Notes: generated from the letters alone by a model not told the origin. Shown: positions 1-10,721, counted from the stretch's first letter. The stretch: 64,000 bases of DNA from an uncultured Gemmatimonadales bacterium (GCA_963716255.1 OY970303.1:224001-288000); one strand, 5' to 3'. Made by a program: numbers and translations.

Positions 1-137
1 GAAGATGTCGCGGAGGGAGACCGCCGGCAGTTTGGCGGTCTCCCGCAGCCGGAGCGGAGACGGCGGGGCAGTTACCGCTGGCTCCGCGACCCGCGCAGGA
101 GACGGACAGTAGTATCGTCCGGCTCCGGAGCGGCCCC
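1..137 (-). repeat. Repeat family B copy 1 (three tandem GAGCC-stem-loop-stem-GTCTC hairpins), cut by window start
   Basis: Reverse complement matches 6637-6791 and is related to 26731-26885 and 29740-29895. Confidence 0.85.
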
Positions 138-161
138 AAGCCCGCCGAAGCAGCGAAAACG

Positions 162-1130
162 TCAGTGCGAGTGCCCGCCGCCCGTCATGTCGTGCTCGAC
201 CATGGCCGCCATGCGCGCCCGCTGCTCCGGGGTGAGCGCCGCGTCCCGCGCCCGCACGAACCCCCGCCACGCATCCGCCGCCGCCGCGTTCAGCCGCTCC
301 CGACCCGCCCCCGCCGCCCGCTCCCGCCCCACCGCCGCCGCCGCCGCGTCGCATGCCCGCCGCACCTCGCGCTCCACCGCGCGCCCCGGCCGCGCCAGCA
401 GCTTCACCCGCCCCGTCTCCTGCCCGCACGTGGCCGGGTCCAGCAGCGCCACCCCCCGCGCCGCGTCCGCATCGCCGGGTTCCGCGAACGACGCCGGAAG
501 CCCCGCGCGCAGGTAGGGGAGCGCCGTGTGCTCCTGCGCGAACAGCCCCTGCGGGTTGTCCAGCCACACCCAGGCGTGCACCATGGTCAGCCGCGTCCGC
601 CCGTCCCCCGCCCCCGCCTTTCCCTCGCGGATCCGCCGCTCCGACACCCAGCGCAGCACGGGCCGGTCCTCCGTGAGCATGCGGGCGATGCGGACCACGT
701 CGTGCGCGTGCCACCGGTCCGCGTCCCCCGCGAACCCCGCCGGGAGCGGCTCGCCGGGCCGCTGGTACACCGTGTAGGCCACCCCCACCAGCACCCGCTC
801 CCCGCCGACCGTGGCGTACTGGAGCGTGGAGGGGCGCGCCAGGTCGAGCGGGCGCCGCACCCGGTCGGGGTGGTACCAGTGCTCGCCCATCAGGGCGCCT
901 TCCCTGCCGAAGCGCCGGAAGCCGTCCCGCTCCGCGGCGCGGGGGTCGCGGTAGCGGGCGGTGGCGGCGCGCACCGCCTCCACCTCGCCGGCCAGCGCGG
1001 AGCCGGGCGCCGGCCGCGCGTCCGCACCCGGCGCCGGGGCGGCGTGGCCGTGCCCGGGGTGCTGGGCGGCGAGCGGGGCGGCGGGGGCGGACGCCAGCAG
1101 CACGGCGGCCGCGAGGGCGAGGCGCTTCAT
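162..1130 (-). CDS. Secreted His-rich hypothetical protein
   Basis: Signal peptide MKRLALAAAVLL..LAAQ; His motifs HPGHGH, MGEHWYH, WHAH, MVHAW and C-terminal GHSH. Confidence 0.75.
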   Translation of the reverse strand: MKRLALAAAVLLASAPAAPLAAQHPGHGHAAPAPGADARPAPGSALAGEVEAVRAATARYRDPRAAERDGFRRFGREGALMGEHWYHPDRVRRPLDLARPSTLQYATVGGERVLVGVAYTVYQRPGEPLPAGFAGDADRWHAHDVVRIARMLTEDRPVLRWVSERRIREGKAGAGDGRTRLTMVHAWVWLDNPQGLFAQEHTALPYLRAGLPASFAEPGDADAARGVALLDPATCGQETGRVKLLARPGRAVEREVRRACDAAAAAVGRERAAGAGRERLNAAAADAWRGFVRARDAALTPEQRARMAAMVEHDMTGGGHSH

Positions 1131-1223
1131 GGGACGTGTCCTTGCTCCCGGGGTGGGCGGGCGGGGCGCGCGGCGCGTCCGGGCGCCCCGCTCTCGTACA
1201 CCCGGCGCGGCCGGATCGTTTGG

Positions 1224-1634
1224 CTACTTCGCCTCGGGGTTCTCGATCAGGTGGAGCATCGCCACGCGTTCCCGGTGCGCGCCGATGACCAGCTCGAACT
1301 GGTACGTCCCCTCCGAGGGGAAAACCACGTCGTCCAGCCCCATCACCAGGCGGGTCTGCTGGGGCGGCTCCATGGGGCGGGGGGCGCCCACCTCGGTGTG
1401 TCCGTTGATGGTGCCCACCGGCGCCGCGGCGGGGTCCAGCAGGTCGATCTTGAAGTCCACGCGCCCCGCCTCGTCCGCGTTCCACTCCATCGCCACCACC
1501 AGCGTCATGCGGTCCTGCCGCGCGGGGAAGCCGGGGGCGAAGAGGTGGTGGAAGACGCCGTGCAGGTCCACCCGGCCGTCCGGGCGCATGGAGGCATCCT
1601 CGCAGAGCAGCGCGTACATGACCTTCACGATCAC
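1224..1634 (-). CDS. Hypothetical beta-sandwich protein (DUF6941-like)
   Basis: YALLCEDA..DGRVDLHGVF..FPSEGTYQFEL pattern; GTG start inferred. Confidence 0.65.
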   Translation of the reverse strand: MIVKVMYALLCEDASMRPDGRVDLHGVFHHLFAPGFPARQDRMTLVVAMEWNADEAGRVDFKIDLLDPAAAPVGTINGHTEVGAPRPMEPPQQTRLVMGLDDVVFPSEGTYQFELVIGAHRERVAMLHLIENPEAK

Positions 1635-1857
1635 TCCCTGGTCTTTTTGTCCGTGTGTGGCGGCCGGAGCCATCGGCCGGAAAGCGCGGAATGATAGCCG
1701 CGCGCGGGGTGGCGGGCAACGCGCGGGCCGCGCTCGCGCCCGGGGCGGTCGCGCTGTACCTTCGTCGCGCTCCGGAGCCCCCGGCCCACCCCGGCCGGCA
1801 TCCCGCCCACGGCGGCGGCGACGGCTCCCGGACCCGACACGACCCACGCGCACGAGC

Positions 1858-2928
1858 ATGACGCACCCCATCGCGGTCCGCCGCGCCGAAGAGCTCCGGC
1901 CCCGCCCCTCCGAGGACTCGCTGGGCTTCGGGCGCCACTTCACCGACCACATGTTCCGCATGGACTACGCGCCCGGGCGGGGGTGGCACGACGCGCGGGT
2001 GGAGCCGTACGCCCCGCTCGCCCTGGACCCGGCCGCCGGCGTCCTGCACTACGGGCAGACGGTGTTCGAGGGGCTCAAGGTGTTCCGCGGCGGCGACGGC
2101 GTCGTGCGCGCCTTCCGCATCGACGACCACTGCCGCCGCCTCGCCGCGAGCGCGGCGCGCGTCTGCATCCCCCCGGCGGACCCCGCCGCGGTGCGCGCGG
2201 GGATCGCGGCCGTGGTGCGCGAAGACCTGGAGTGGGTGCCGGCCGCGGCGGGGACCTCGCTGTACGTGCGCCCCACCATCATCGCCACCGAGGGGTTCCT
2301 GGGGGTGCGCCCCGCGGCCGAGTACGCGTGCTTCGTCATCCTCACCCCGGTGGGCGGGTACTTCGCCGCCGGGGTGGCGCCGGTGCGCATCTGGGTGGAG
2401 GAGCACCACATCCGCGCGGCCCCCGGCGGGCTGGGCGCCGCCAAGACGGGGGCCAACTACGCGGCCAGCCTCGCCGCCGCCGTCGAGGCGCGGGAGCGCG
2501 GCTACGCGCAGGTGCTCTGGCTGGACGCGTGCGAGCGGCGCTGGCTGGAGGAGGTGGGGACCATGAACCTGTTCGTGCGCATCGGCGACGAGGTGGTCAC
2601 CCCGCCGCTGGGCGACACGCTGCTGGCCGGCATCACCCGCGACAGCGTGCTGGTCCTGCTCCGCGACTGGGGCGTCCCGGTGAGCGAGCGGCCGCTCTCC
2701 GTCGACGAGATCCGCGACGCGCACCGCCGCGGCGAGCTGCGCGAGGCGTTCGGCACCGGCACCGCCGCGGTGATCTCGCCCGTGGGCACGTTCGGCTTCG
2801 CGGACGGCGAGCTCCAGGTGGGCGACGGCGGGGTGGGCGGGCTGTCGCAGCGCCTGTACGACGCCATCACCGGCATCCAGTTCGGCAGCGTGCCGGACCG
2901 CTTCGGGTGGATGACGCCCATCGCCTGA
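1858..2928 (+). CDS. ilvE: Branched-chain amino acid aminotransferase
   Basis: LGFGRHFTDHMF, LHYGQTVFEGLK, AKTGANYA, EVGTMNLF, LAGITRDS, GTAAVISPV. Confidence 0.95.
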   Translation: MTHPIAVRRAEELRPRPSEDSLGFGRHFTDHMFRMDYAPGRGWHDARVEPYAPLALDPAAGVLHYGQTVFEGLKVFRGGDGVVRAFRIDDHCRRLAASAARVCIPPADPAAVRAGIAAVVREDLEWVPAAAGTSLYVRPTIIATEGFLGVRPAAEYACFVILTPVGGYFAAGVAPVRIWVEEHHIRAAPGGLGAAKTGANYAASLAAAVEARERGYAQVLWLDACERRWLEEVGTMNLFVRIGDEVVTPPLGDTLLAGITRDSVLVLLRDWGVPVSERPLSVDEIRDAHRRGELREAFGTGTAAVISPVGTFGFADGELQVGDGGVGGLSQRLYDAITGIQFGSVPDRFGWMTPIA

Positions 2929-2953
2929 CCTTTACGGCGTGAACGGCTTGGTT

Positions 2954-3081
2954 GGGCGTGCCCCCGGCTGGCGCCGGGGTCGGGCTTCGGCTCCGTAAAG
3001 CACGATACAACTGTGCTTAACGGAGTCGAGCCCCGGCAAACTGCGCCGGGTCTCGCCCCTTCGGGCCGAAATCCCTCACGC
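2954..3081 (+). repeat. Repeat family A copy 1 (~128-nt multi-hairpin element)
   Basis: gggcgtgcccccggc...ctccgta[stem-loop]aacggagtcgagcc...gtctcgccccttcgggccgaaatccctcacgc, near-identical at 9 loci. Confidence 0.95.
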
Positions 3082-3105
3082 GGGGCTCGCGCTGGCGTCC
3101 GCTGG

Positions 3106-3240
3106 GCCCCCACCCGGCTCGCTTGAGGCTCGCACGGCTTGCCCCTATGTCCCCCGTTCCGAGGGAGGGCTTCCTGTCCCTCAGCTTCGCCGTGTCGTGC
3201 TCCCCCTCTCCCCTTGCGGGGAGGGGCCGGGGGAGGGGGT
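3106..3240. repeat. Repeat family C palindromes (ccctctcccc-ttgc-ggggagggg type)
   Basis: Similar C/G-rich hairpins at 8941, 9027, 18280, 29910, 38395, 39520, 44415 and 57156. Confidence 0.7.
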
Positions 3241-3273
3241 CGCCGTCGCGGTTCAATGGCAGGAGGGCCGCCC

Positions 3274-4560
3274 CTACAGGCGGACGCGCACCGCCTCCGC
3301 GTGCCCGTGCAGCCCCTCCGACTCCGCCAGCCGCACCACGTCCGCCGCGTCGCGCCGCAGCCGCTCCGCCGAGTAGCCGATCAGGCTGGTGCGCTTCAGG
3401 AAGTCGTACACCCCCAGCGGCGAGGCGAAGCGCGCCGTGCCGCCCGTGGGGAGCACGTGGTTGGGGCCCGCGAAGTAGTCGCCCACCGGCTCCGGCGACC
3501 AGCTTCCCAGGAAGATCGCCCCCGCGTTGCGGATGCGCCCGGCCAGAACCAGCGGCTCCATCACCAGCAGCTCCAGGTGCTCCGGGGCGCGCAGGTCCGC
3601 CAGCTCCGCGGCCGCGGCGAGGTCGGGCACCTGCACGATGGCGCCGTTGGCCTCCAGCGCCGCCCGCGCCACCTCGCGGCGGGGGTTGGCCTCCAGCAGC
3701 CGCTCGATCTCGCGCGGCACCTCCGTGAGGTGCGCGGCGCAGGTGGTCACCAGCCAGGCGATCGCGTCCGGGTCGTGCTCCGCCTGCCCGATCAGGTCCG
3801 CGGCGACGTGGCGCGCGTCCGCCAGCTCGTCCGCGATCACCAGGATCTCCGAGGGGCCCGCCACCATGTCGATGTCCACCCGCCCGAAAACCTGCCGCTT
3901 GGCCTCCGCCACCCACTTGTTCCCCGGCCCCACGATCTTGTCCACCCGCCCCACGCTCGCCGTCCCGAAGGCCAGCGCCCCCACCGCCTGCGCCCCGCCC
4001 GCGCGGATCACCTCCGTCACCCCGGCCACGTGCGCCGCCGCCAGCACCACCGGCGCCACCTCGCCGTCCGGCGCGGGCGACACCATGACGATCTCCTCCA
4101 CCCCCGCCACCACCGCGGGGATCGCGTTCATCAGCACCGTGGAGGGGTACGCCGCCCGCCCGCCGGGAACGTAGATCCCCACCCGCCGCAGCGCCGTCAC
4201 CCGCTGCCCCAGCAGCGAGCCGTCCGGGAGCAGGTCCACGAAGCCGTGCTCCCGCTGCCGCTCGTGGAAGCGGCGGACGTTGTCCGCCGCGCGGCGCAGC
4301 GAGGCCAGCAGCGCCGGGTCCAGGGAGGCCGCGGCGCGCTCCAGCTCCTCCCGGGGCACGCGCAGCTCGTCCACGCTCGCCGCGTCCAGGCGGTCCAGGC
4401 GGCGGGTGTGCTCCAGGAGCGCCGCGTCGCCCCGCTCCGCCACGTCGCGGAGGATCCCCGCCACGGCCTCGCGCAGCTCCGGGTCGTCGGTGGAGGCCGC
4501 GGAGGCCAGCCCGCGCAGCTCCGCGAAGGGCGGGCGGCTGTAAAAGGTGCGGATGTTCAC
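3274..4560 (-). CDS. hisD: Histidinol dehydrogenase
   Basis: GIYVPGG..YPSTVLM, DKIVGPGN, IDMVAGPSE, QAEHD, APEHLE, GDYFAGPNHVLPT; GTG start overlaps hisG stop. Confidence 0.96.
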   Translation of the reverse strand: MNIRTFYSRPPFAELRGLASAASTDDPELREAVAGILRDVAERGDAALLEHTRRLDRLDAASVDELRVPREELERAAASLDPALLASLRRAADNVRRFHERQREHGFVDLLPDGSLLGQRVTALRRVGIYVPGGRAAYPSTVLMNAIPAVVAGVEEIVMVSPAPDGEVAPVVLAAAHVAGVTEVIRAGGAQAVGALAFGTASVGRVDKIVGPGNKWVAEAKRQVFGRVDIDMVAGPSEILVIADELADARHVAADLIGQAEHDPDAIAWLVTTCAAHLTEVPREIERLLEANPRREVARAALEANGAIVQVPDLAAAAELADLRAPEHLELLVMEPLVLAGRIRNAGAIFLGSWSPEPVGDYFAGPNHVLPTGGTARFASPLGVYDFLKRTSLIGYSAERLRRDAADVVRLAESEGLHGHAEAVRVRL

Positions 4561-5231
4561 GGCTGCGAAGCGTTCGGGGCCGGCCGGGCGCCGCCGTCCA
4601 GCGCGCGCTCCAGGTCGGCGATGAGGCGCTGGTGCTCCTCCAGGCGGAGCTTGTGGCTGGCGCGGTTCACGATGAGCCGCGCCGTGGAGCGCGACACCTC
4701 GTCCACCACCACCAGCCCGTTCTCCTCCAGCGTGCGCCCGGTCTGCACCAGGTCCACGATCCAGTGCGAGAGGCCCAGCAGCGGCGCCACCTCCACCGAG
4801 CCGGAGATGTGGATCAGGTCCGCCTGCAGTCCGCGTGAGGCGAAGAAGCGCCGCGCCGACTCCACATACTTGGTCGCCACCCGCGGCGTCACCCCGCCCG
4901 CCAGGTGCGGGTACGGCGTCCCCACCGGCGCCGCCACCGCCAGGCGGCAGCCGCCGAAGCGCAGGTCCAGCGGGTGCAGCACATCCGGCTCCCGCTCCCC
5001 CAGCACGTCCAGCCCCACCACCCCCGCGTCCGCCACCCCCGCCTCCACGTAGGTGGGCACGTCGATGTTCTTGACCGGCAGGAACTCGAACCGGCCGTCG
5101 CGCGAGGGAAGGATCAGCCGGCGCGACTCCAGCACCGCCGCCTCCACCCCCGAGCCCAGCCGCTCGAAGAGCCCCAGCGCGTCCTCCATGATGCGGCCCT
5201 TGGGAAGGGCCACGCGCAGCGGGCGGCTCAC
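4557..5231 (-). CDS. hisG: ATP phosphoribosyltransferase, short form
   Basis: [50 protein letters not shown]. Confidence 0.95.
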   Translation of the reverse strand: MSRPLRVALPKGRIMEDALGLFERLGSGVEAAVLESRRLILPSRDGRFEFLPVKNIDVPTYVEAGVADAGVVGLDVLGEREPDVLHPLDLRFGGCRLAVAAPVGTPYPHLAGGVTPRVATKYVESARRFFASRGLQADLIHISGSVEVAPLLGLSHWIVDLVQTGRTLEENGLVVVDEVSRSTARLIVNRASHKLRLEEHQRLIADLERALDGGARPAPNASQP

Positions 5232-6211
5232 CGGTCCTCCGCGGGGAGGAGCTCCGCCAGCGTGTCCGTTTCCAGCGCGAAGCCCACCGCCGGCCGGTCC
5301 GCGCCGTAGAGCCCCAGCAGGTGGTCGTAGCGCCCCCCGAAGCCCACCGCCCGCCCCGCACCCGCCACGAACACCTCCCACTGCACCCCCGTGTAGTAGC
5401 CCAGCCCGCGGATCTCCCCCAGGTCGTACACCACGTGCGCCCGCTCCTCCGGGGTGAGCAGCGCGTCCACCGCACGCAGCCGCTCGATCGCCGCCTCCGC
5501 CTCAGGGCCGGAGGCCAGCGAGCGCGCCCGCGCCAGCACCTCCCCCCGCCCGATCAGCTCCGGCAGCTCCACCAGCGCCCGCGCCACCGCCGCCTGCGCC
5601 CCCAGCTCGCGCGCGCCCTGCGCCAGCGCCGCGCGGTCCTTGCGGTCGATCGCCACGCGAAGCCGCTCCGCCGCCTCCGGCTCCAGCCCGGCCAGCAGCG
5701 GGCGGATGAAGCGGATGTCGCCCAGGTTCACCTGGAAGTCGCGGATGCGGAGCGTCCGCAGGAACCCCAGCGCCATGCGCAGCGTTTCCACGTCCGCCTC
5801 CGCCCCCCCGTCGCCGATCAGCTCCGCGCCCAGCTGGAACGACTCGCGCCGCCGCCCGCCCCCCTCCGGCTCCTGACGGTACACCTTGCCCGCGTACGAC
5901 AGGCGCAGCGGGAGCGGCGCCGCCGCCAGCTTGCTCCCCGCCATGCGCGCGATGGACGAAGTGAAGTCCGCGCGCAGCGCCACCATGCGCCCGTCGCGGT
6001 CCACGAAGCGGATCAGCCGCGCCGCCAGCTCCGGGCCGCCGCTCCGGGTGAACACCTCCTCGTACTCGAAGGTGGGGGGGATCACCTCGTCGTAGCCGTG
6101 CGCCTCGGCGAGCGCGAACCACGCCGCCTGCACCCGGCGGCGGCGGCGGACATCGTCCGAAAGGAGGTCCTGCGACCCCGGGGGAACCTGTGCGAGCGTG
6201 GTGGTCGGCAT
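5228..6211 (-). CDS. hisZ: ATP phosphoribosyltransferase regulatory subunit
   Basis: HisRS-like motifs ([25 protein letters not shown]); directly upstream of short hisG. Confidence 0.93.
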   Translation of the reverse strand: MPTTTLAQVPPGSQDLLSDDVRRRRRVQAAWFALAEAHGYDEVIPPTFEYEEVFTRSGGPELAARLIRFVDRDGRMVALRADFTSSIARMAGSKLAAAPLPLRLSYAGKVYRQEPEGGGRRRESFQLGAELIGDGGAEADVETLRMALGFLRTLRIRDFQVNLGDIRFIRPLLAGLEPEAAERLRVAIDRKDRAALAQGARELGAQAAVARALVELPELIGRGEVLARARSLASGPEAEAAIERLRAVDALLTPEERAHVVYDLGEIRGLGYYTGVQWEVFVAGAGRAVGFGGRYDHLLGLYGADRPAVGFALETDTLAELLPAEDR

Positions 6212-6359
6212 GGGCGCAAGTATACCGGGAGCCCCGCCGGGCTGGCAACCGCGCGCGGCCGGGGAGGAACAGTTCCGCGGATCGCGGCACGCTGCTTGCT
6301 AATTCACGCCGAACGAGAGAGTTGGAATCGGCATAGCCACTTCGACCAGCGAGGGATCC

Positions 6360-6518
6360 GTGGACATCATCCTCATCATCGGTATCATTCTTCTGGTACT
6401 CGGGATCCTTGGCTTCACGGGGATCTTCGCGGCCCTGAAGAGCATCGCCATCTTCTTGGTGATCATCGCCGTCATCGTGATCGCCTGGCGCGTCATCACC
6501 GGCCGCCGCCCCGTCTGA
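6360..6518 (+). CDS. Small membrane protein, 52 aa (DUF1328/YtjA-like); not in ORF track
   Basis: GTG start after [58 protein letters not shown]; followed by hairpin. Confidence 0.8.
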   Translation: MDIILIIGIILLVLGILGFTGIFAALKSIAIFLVIIAVIVIAWRVITGRRPV

Positions 6519-6552
6519 CGGACGCGGCAGACAGCTCGGGCAGTACGGATCG

Positions 6553-6597
6553 GCGGAGCGGGGAGCCTTTTTCGGGCTTCCCGCTCCGCGCTTCGTT
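6553..6597 (+). terminator. Probable intrinsic terminator
   Basis: gcggagcggg...cccgctccgc stem followed by T-rich tail. Confidence 0.55.
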
Positions 6598-6636
6598 TGG
6601 GCACGCCGGTTTCGGACGGGGGAAGACCTGGGGGTG

Positions 6637-6791
6637 GGGCCGCTCCGGAGCCCGGCGATACGGCCGCCGGTCTCCTGCGCGGGTCGCGGAGCCAGCCGAA
6701 ACTGCCCGGCTGTCTCCGCTCCGGCTGCGGGAGCCTCGCCAAACCGCCGGCGAGTCTCCCTCCGCAAACGATTTGGGGGGTACTGCGGAAC
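6637..6791 (+). repeat. Repeat family B copy 2
   Basis: Core hairpins at 6648-6674, 6689-6716 and 6731-6758 (41-42 nt period). Confidence 0.9.
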
Positions 6792-6832
6792 TGCGGAACT
6801 GCGACGGCACGGCGGACGGCACCATCGCTTCC

Positions 6833-7219
6833 CTACGGCGCCAGCGCCTCGAACCGCGCCGCCACCTCGTCGGGGGAGCGCAGCCACGCCCGCGCCGCCG
6901 CGTGCACCCGACGAAGGCCCGGTCCCTCCATCTCCATCCCGTGGTTCCCCGCGTAGGCGATCCCCGGGATCCCGGCGCGCTCCCGGACGTCCGCCATCCC
7001 CCACCCGCTCACGACCGCCGCCCACACCCCGGGCGCGCCCAGCAGCCGGTCCAGCGCCGCGCGGGTCCGCTCCGGGATCGCCGCCAGCTCCGGCCGGGCC
7101 GCGATGGGCGCCAGCGTCCCGTCGAAGTCCAGCAGCAGCACCAGGCCCCCGCTCCGCCGCCAGGCCCCGCCCCACTCCGCCGCGCGCTCCAGCGCGTGCG
7201 GGAGCGCGCTTCCGCTCAC
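6833..7219 (-). pseudogene. otsB: Trehalose-6-phosphate phosphatase with large internal in-frame deletion
   Basis: [12 protein letters not shown](W) and YAGNHGME motifs, then an immediate jump to C-terminal-like WLRSPDEV; only 128 aa. Confidence 0.7.
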
Positions 7220-7303
7220 CGCCGCGCCCCGGTTGACCCGTGCGAGCGCGCCCCGCTAGCTTCCCGCCCCGGAGCCACCCCCCACCGCGGAAGCGCAGTC
7301 GCC

Positions 7304-7987
7304 ATGTCGTCCTGGATCGATCGGTTGAAGTTCGACGAGCGCGGCCTCGTCGCCGTCGTCGCGCAGGAAGCCGCCACGGGCGAGGTGCTCATGCTGGCCT
7401 GGGCCGACCGCGAAGCGCTGGAGCGCACCCAGGCGACCGGCCGCGCGCACTACTGGAGCCGTTCCCGCGGCGCGCTCTGGCAGAAGGGCGAGACCAGCGG
7501 CCACGTGCAGGACGTCCGCGAGGTGCGGGTAGACTGCGACGGCGACGCCGTGCTGTACCGGGTCGCGCAGAGCGGCCCCGCCTGCCACACCGGCCAGGGG
7601 AGCTGCTTCCACCGGCGCGTCGAGGACGAGGGCCTGGCGCCCGCCGGCGGCGCGGGCGACGTCCTGTCGCGCATCGAGGAGATCGTCCGCGCCCGCGAGG
7701 CCGGGCGCCCGGAGGGCTCGTACACCACCTACCTGTTCGACCAGGGGGTGGACAAGATCCTCAAGAAGCTCGGCGAGGAAAGCGCCGAAACCATCGTCGC
7801 AGCAAAGAACCCCGGGACGGACGAGCTGCGCTCCGAGAGCGCCGACCTGCTCTTCCACCTGCTCGTCCTGCTCCGCGCCCGCGGCCTCTCCCTGGCCCAG
7901 GTGTACGCCGAGCTGGAGGGACGCTTCGGCGCCCCTCCTCGCGACCTCGACCGGCTGGCGTCGAAGCGGCCGCCCGATCACTCCTGA
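7304..7987 (+). CDS. hisIE: Bifunctional phosphoribosyl-AMP cyclohydrolase / phosphoribosyl-ATP pyrophosphatase
   Basis: [39 protein letters not shown]. Confidence 0.96.
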   Translation: MSSWIDRLKFDERGLVAVVAQEAATGEVLMLAWADREALERTQATGRAHYWSRSRGALWQKGETSGHVQDVREVRVDCDGDAVLYRVAQSGPACHTGQGSCFHRRVEDEGLAPAGGAGDVLSRIEEIVRAREAGRPEGSYTTYLFDQGVDKILKKLGEESAETIVAAKNPGTDELRSESADLLFHLLVLLRARGLSLAQVYAELEGRFGAPPRDLDRLASKRPPDHS

Positions 7988-8649
7988 GCCGCGGCCCGCC
8001 CCGGCGCCCCCATCGTCCCGGAAGCGCCCGGGCGCCCGTCGGCCGCCATCCCCAGCGGCATCGCCACCGGGGCCTGCGCCCCGCCGCGCGCATCCTCCCG
8101 CGCGTCCGTCCCCCCGCCGGCCCGCCGTCTCCCCCGCGCCTGCGCCGGCCTCGCCAACGGCCGGGCCCCCTCCACGAGGAGGGCCGCGTCCAGGATCATC
8201 TCCTCCTCGCCCGGGTCGCGCCACCCGCCCTCCAGAGGCTCGTCCCAGCGCAGCTTCCCCTCGACCGACCGGTACGGCTGCATCCAGAACAGCCGCGTCC
8301 CCGCCGCGTCGCGGGCCTCCGCCACCAGAACCGGGCCGGGCCCCGAGCCCGCGTCCAGCACCAGGTCCAGCGCCAGCAGGAGCGCCGCGGGCGGCTTCGC
8401 CTCCGCGAAGCGCGCGATCGCCCCCGACAGGATCTCGGGCGACGAGCCCACCAGCCCCACCGGCACGGGGATGGCCAGCGTCCGGTACTCCGGGGTGGCG
8501 TGCCCCGGCCGCTCGTGTACGCTCCTCAGGCGGGGGGGCACCGCGCCGCCGTCCGCCGCCGCGCGCTCGAGCTCCTCGCGCATCTCCTCAAGGAACCGGG
8601 TCGCCGCACCCAGTGTCCGCTCCAGACGGGCGATCTTGCTGCACGTCAA
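7978..8649 (-). CDS. Hypothetical protein
   Basis: Globular-looking core (CSKIARLE...LFWMQPY...[14 protein letters not shown]); TTG start inferred. Confidence 0.6.
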   Translation of the reverse strand: MTCSKIARLERTLGAATRFLEEMREELERAAADGGAVPPRLRSVHERPGHATPEYRTLAIPVPVGLVGSSPEILSGAIARFAEAKPPAALLLALDLVLDAGSGPGPVLVAEARDAAGTRLFWMQPYRSVEGKLRWDEPLEGGWRDPGEEEMILDAALLVEGARPLARPAQARGRRRAGGGTDAREDARGGAQAPVAMPLGMAADGRPGASGTMGAPGRAAAQE

Positions 8650-8780
8650 TGTACCCCCATCGCCGGGCGTTACCGCTTCCCGTCGCGCCCTCCGGGTGGC
8701 GCGTGCCGGCATCCTGGCCGACGGGTTTCAGGGTATGCAAACCTTCTGCCACGGGAGAAGAGGGAGTGAAGAGCGGGTTC

Positions 8781-8909
8781 GGGCGTGCCCCCGGCTGGCG
8801 CCGGGGTCGGGCTTCGGCTCCGTAAGCCCGCAAACAACGCGGGCTAACGGAGTCGAGCCCCGGCAAACAGCCGCCGGGTCTCGCCCCTTCGGGCCGAAAT
8901 CCCTCACGC
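8781..8909 (+). repeat. Repeat family A copy 2
   Basis: Inner stem agcccgc/gcgggct, loop aaacaac. Confidence 0.95.
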
Positions 8910-8940
8910 TGGGTTCGCGCTGGCGTCCGCGAGTGCAGAC

Positions 8941-9180
8941 CCCCTCACCCCCCCGGCCCCCTCTCCCCCGCAAGCGGGGGTAAGGGGGAGCACGACAAAG
9001 ACACGTGACAAGGCGAGGGTCAGGAAGCCCTCCCCCAGAATTGGGGGAGGGTGGCGAGCCTAAAGCGAGCCGGGTGGGGGCGCCCCCGCGGACGCAGCCC
9101 GATGTAAGCTCCGAGCACGAAAAATCCCCTCTCCCAGAATTGGGAGAGGGTGGCGAGCCTCAAGCGAGCCGGGTGAGGGC
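8941..9180. repeat. Repeat family C cluster (two ccctcccccagaattgggggagggtggcgagcc..gcgagccgggtg-type units plus a gcaa hairpin)
   Basis: Tandem similar units at ~9027 and ~9127; reverse copies at ~29975 and ~38470. Confidence 0.8.
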
Positions 9181-9199
9181 CGTGGTTGCAGGCTGCTCC

Positions 9200-9511
9200 C
9201 TATTCCCTGTTCCCTGGCTTTCCCGCCGCCTCCTCCACGGCGCGCCGGTGCCGCGGCCACACCGCGGTGGCGTAGCGCAGGAAGTTGGCGCGCTCCTCGG
9301 GGAGGTCGGCGAGGAACGACCAGGCGGCGCGGGAGGCCTTGCGCGTGTTGCAGGCCGCGCAGGCGGTCACCAGGTTCCCGGGCGTGTTGTCGCCGCCGCG
9401 CATGCGGGGCTGCACGTGGTCCAGGGTGAGCTGCTCCGCGGGAAAGACCCGGGCGCAGTAGACGCAGCGGAAGCCGTCGCGCGCGAAGACCCCCTCGCGG
9501 CCGGCCGCCAT
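9200..9511 (-). CDS. Small HNH endonuclease
   Basis: VFARDGFRCVYC, LTLDHVQP..RGG, NLVTACAACNTRK. Confidence 0.9.
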   Translation of the reverse strand: MAAGREGVFARDGFRCVYCARVFPAEQLTLDHVQPRMRGGDNTPGNLVTACAACNTRKASRAAWSFLADLPEERANFLRYATAVWPRHRRAVEEAAGKPGNRE

Positions 9512-9512
9512 C

Positions 9513-10721
9513 TCACTCGCGCCCCACCGCGTACCCCTCGCGGGCCAGCACCCGCACCAGCTCCGCCACGTGGTCGCGGCCCCGCGTTTCCAGCGCCAGG
9601 TCGATCTCCGCCTCCGTCAGCCACAGCCCCTGCACCCCGCGCCGGTGCTCCAGCGTCAGCACGTTGGCGCCCTGCGCGGCCAGCAGGGCCGTGAGCGTCG
9701 CCAGGGCGCCGGGGCGGTCGTCCACCCGCACCCGCAGGTGGGCCAGGCGGCCGTCGCGGATCAGCCCCCGCTCGATGATGCGCGACAGCAGGTTGACGTC
9801 GATGTTGCCCCCGCTGATCACCATCACCACGTTCTTCCCCTCCAGCCCCGCCACGTGCCCCCCCACCACCGCGGCCACCCCGCTCGCGCACGCGGCCTCC
9901 GCCACCGTCTTTTCCCGCTCCAGCAGCAGCAGCACCGCGCTGGCGATCTCCTCCTCGTCCACCGTCACCAGCTCGTCCACGTAGCGCTCGATCAGCCCGA
10001 AGGTGTTGTCGCCGATGCGGCGCACCGCGATCCCCTCCGCGATGGTCTGCGCCGGGGGGATGGTCACCGGCTCCCCGGCCTCGCGCGCCCGCAGCGCCGC
10101 CGGGAGGACCGACGCTTCCACCCCCACCACCCGTACCTCCGGCCGCAGCTCCTTGACCGCCATCGCGATCCCGGAGATCAGCCCGCCGCCGCCCACGGGG
10201 ACCACCACCACGTCCATCTCCGGCACCTGCTCCAGCAGCTCCAGCCCCACCGTGCCCTGCCCCGCGATCACCAGCGGGTCGTCGAAGGGGTGGATCAGCG
10301 TCTGCCCCTCCGTCGCCATCATCCGCCGGGCCTCCTGCATCGCCTCGTCGTACACCGAGCCGTGCAGCACCACCCGGGCGCCGTAGCGCTCCGTGTTGGC
10401 CACCTTCACCAGCGGCGTCCGCTCCGGCATCACGATCGTCGCCGGGATCCCCAGCGCGCGGGCGTGGAAGGCCACCCCCTGCGCGTGGTTGCCCGCGCTG
10501 GCCGCGATCACCCCGCGGCCGCGATCCTCGGCGGGAATGGCGAGCATGCGGTTCAGCGCCCCGCGCTCCTTGAACGAACCGGTGCGCTGCAGGTTCTCGA
10601 ACTTGAACCAGGCGCTCCCGCCGAACATCTCCCCGAACGCCTCCGACGGGGTGCAGGGGGTGTGGACCACGTGTCCCGCCACGCGCTCGCGGGCGTCGCG
10701 GATGTCCTGGAGAGTGAGCAT
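9513..10721 (-). CDS. ilvA: Threonine ammonia-lyase with C-terminal ACT domain
   Basis: KFENLQRTGSFKERGA, ASAGNHAQG, PVGGGGL, SGGNID, DRPGAL. Confidence 0.93.
   Translation of the reverse strand: MLTLQDIRDARERVAGHVVHTPCTPSEAFGEMFGGSAWFKFENLQRTGSFKERGALNRMLAIPAEDRGRGVIAASAGNHAQGVAFHARALGIPATIVMPERTPLVKVANTERYGARVVLHGSVYDEAMQEARRMMATEGQTLIHPFDDPLVIAGQGTVGLELLEQVPEMDVVVVPVGGGGLISGIAMAVKELRPEVRVVGVEASVLPAALRAREAGEPVTIPPAQTIAEGIAVRRIGDNTFGLIERYVDELVTVDEEEIASAVLLLLEREKTVAEAACASGVAAVVGGHVAGLEGKNVVMVISGGNIDVNLLSRIIERGLIRDGRLAHLRVRVDDRPGALATLTALLAAQGANVLTLEHRRGVQGLWLTEAEIDLALETRGRDHVAELVRVLAREGYAVGRE

Noticed and set aside
2954..3081. Family A as a tRNA, hammerhead ribozyme or classical MITE
   Set aside because: There is no T-loop/anticodon cloverleaf, no CUGANGA core, and no long terminal inverted repeats or target-site duplication.
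6648..6758. Regularly spaced palindromic units resembling a mini-CRISPR array
   Set aside because: Linkers are only ~14 nt and are conserved between dispersed copies, the units vary internally, and no cas genes are present.
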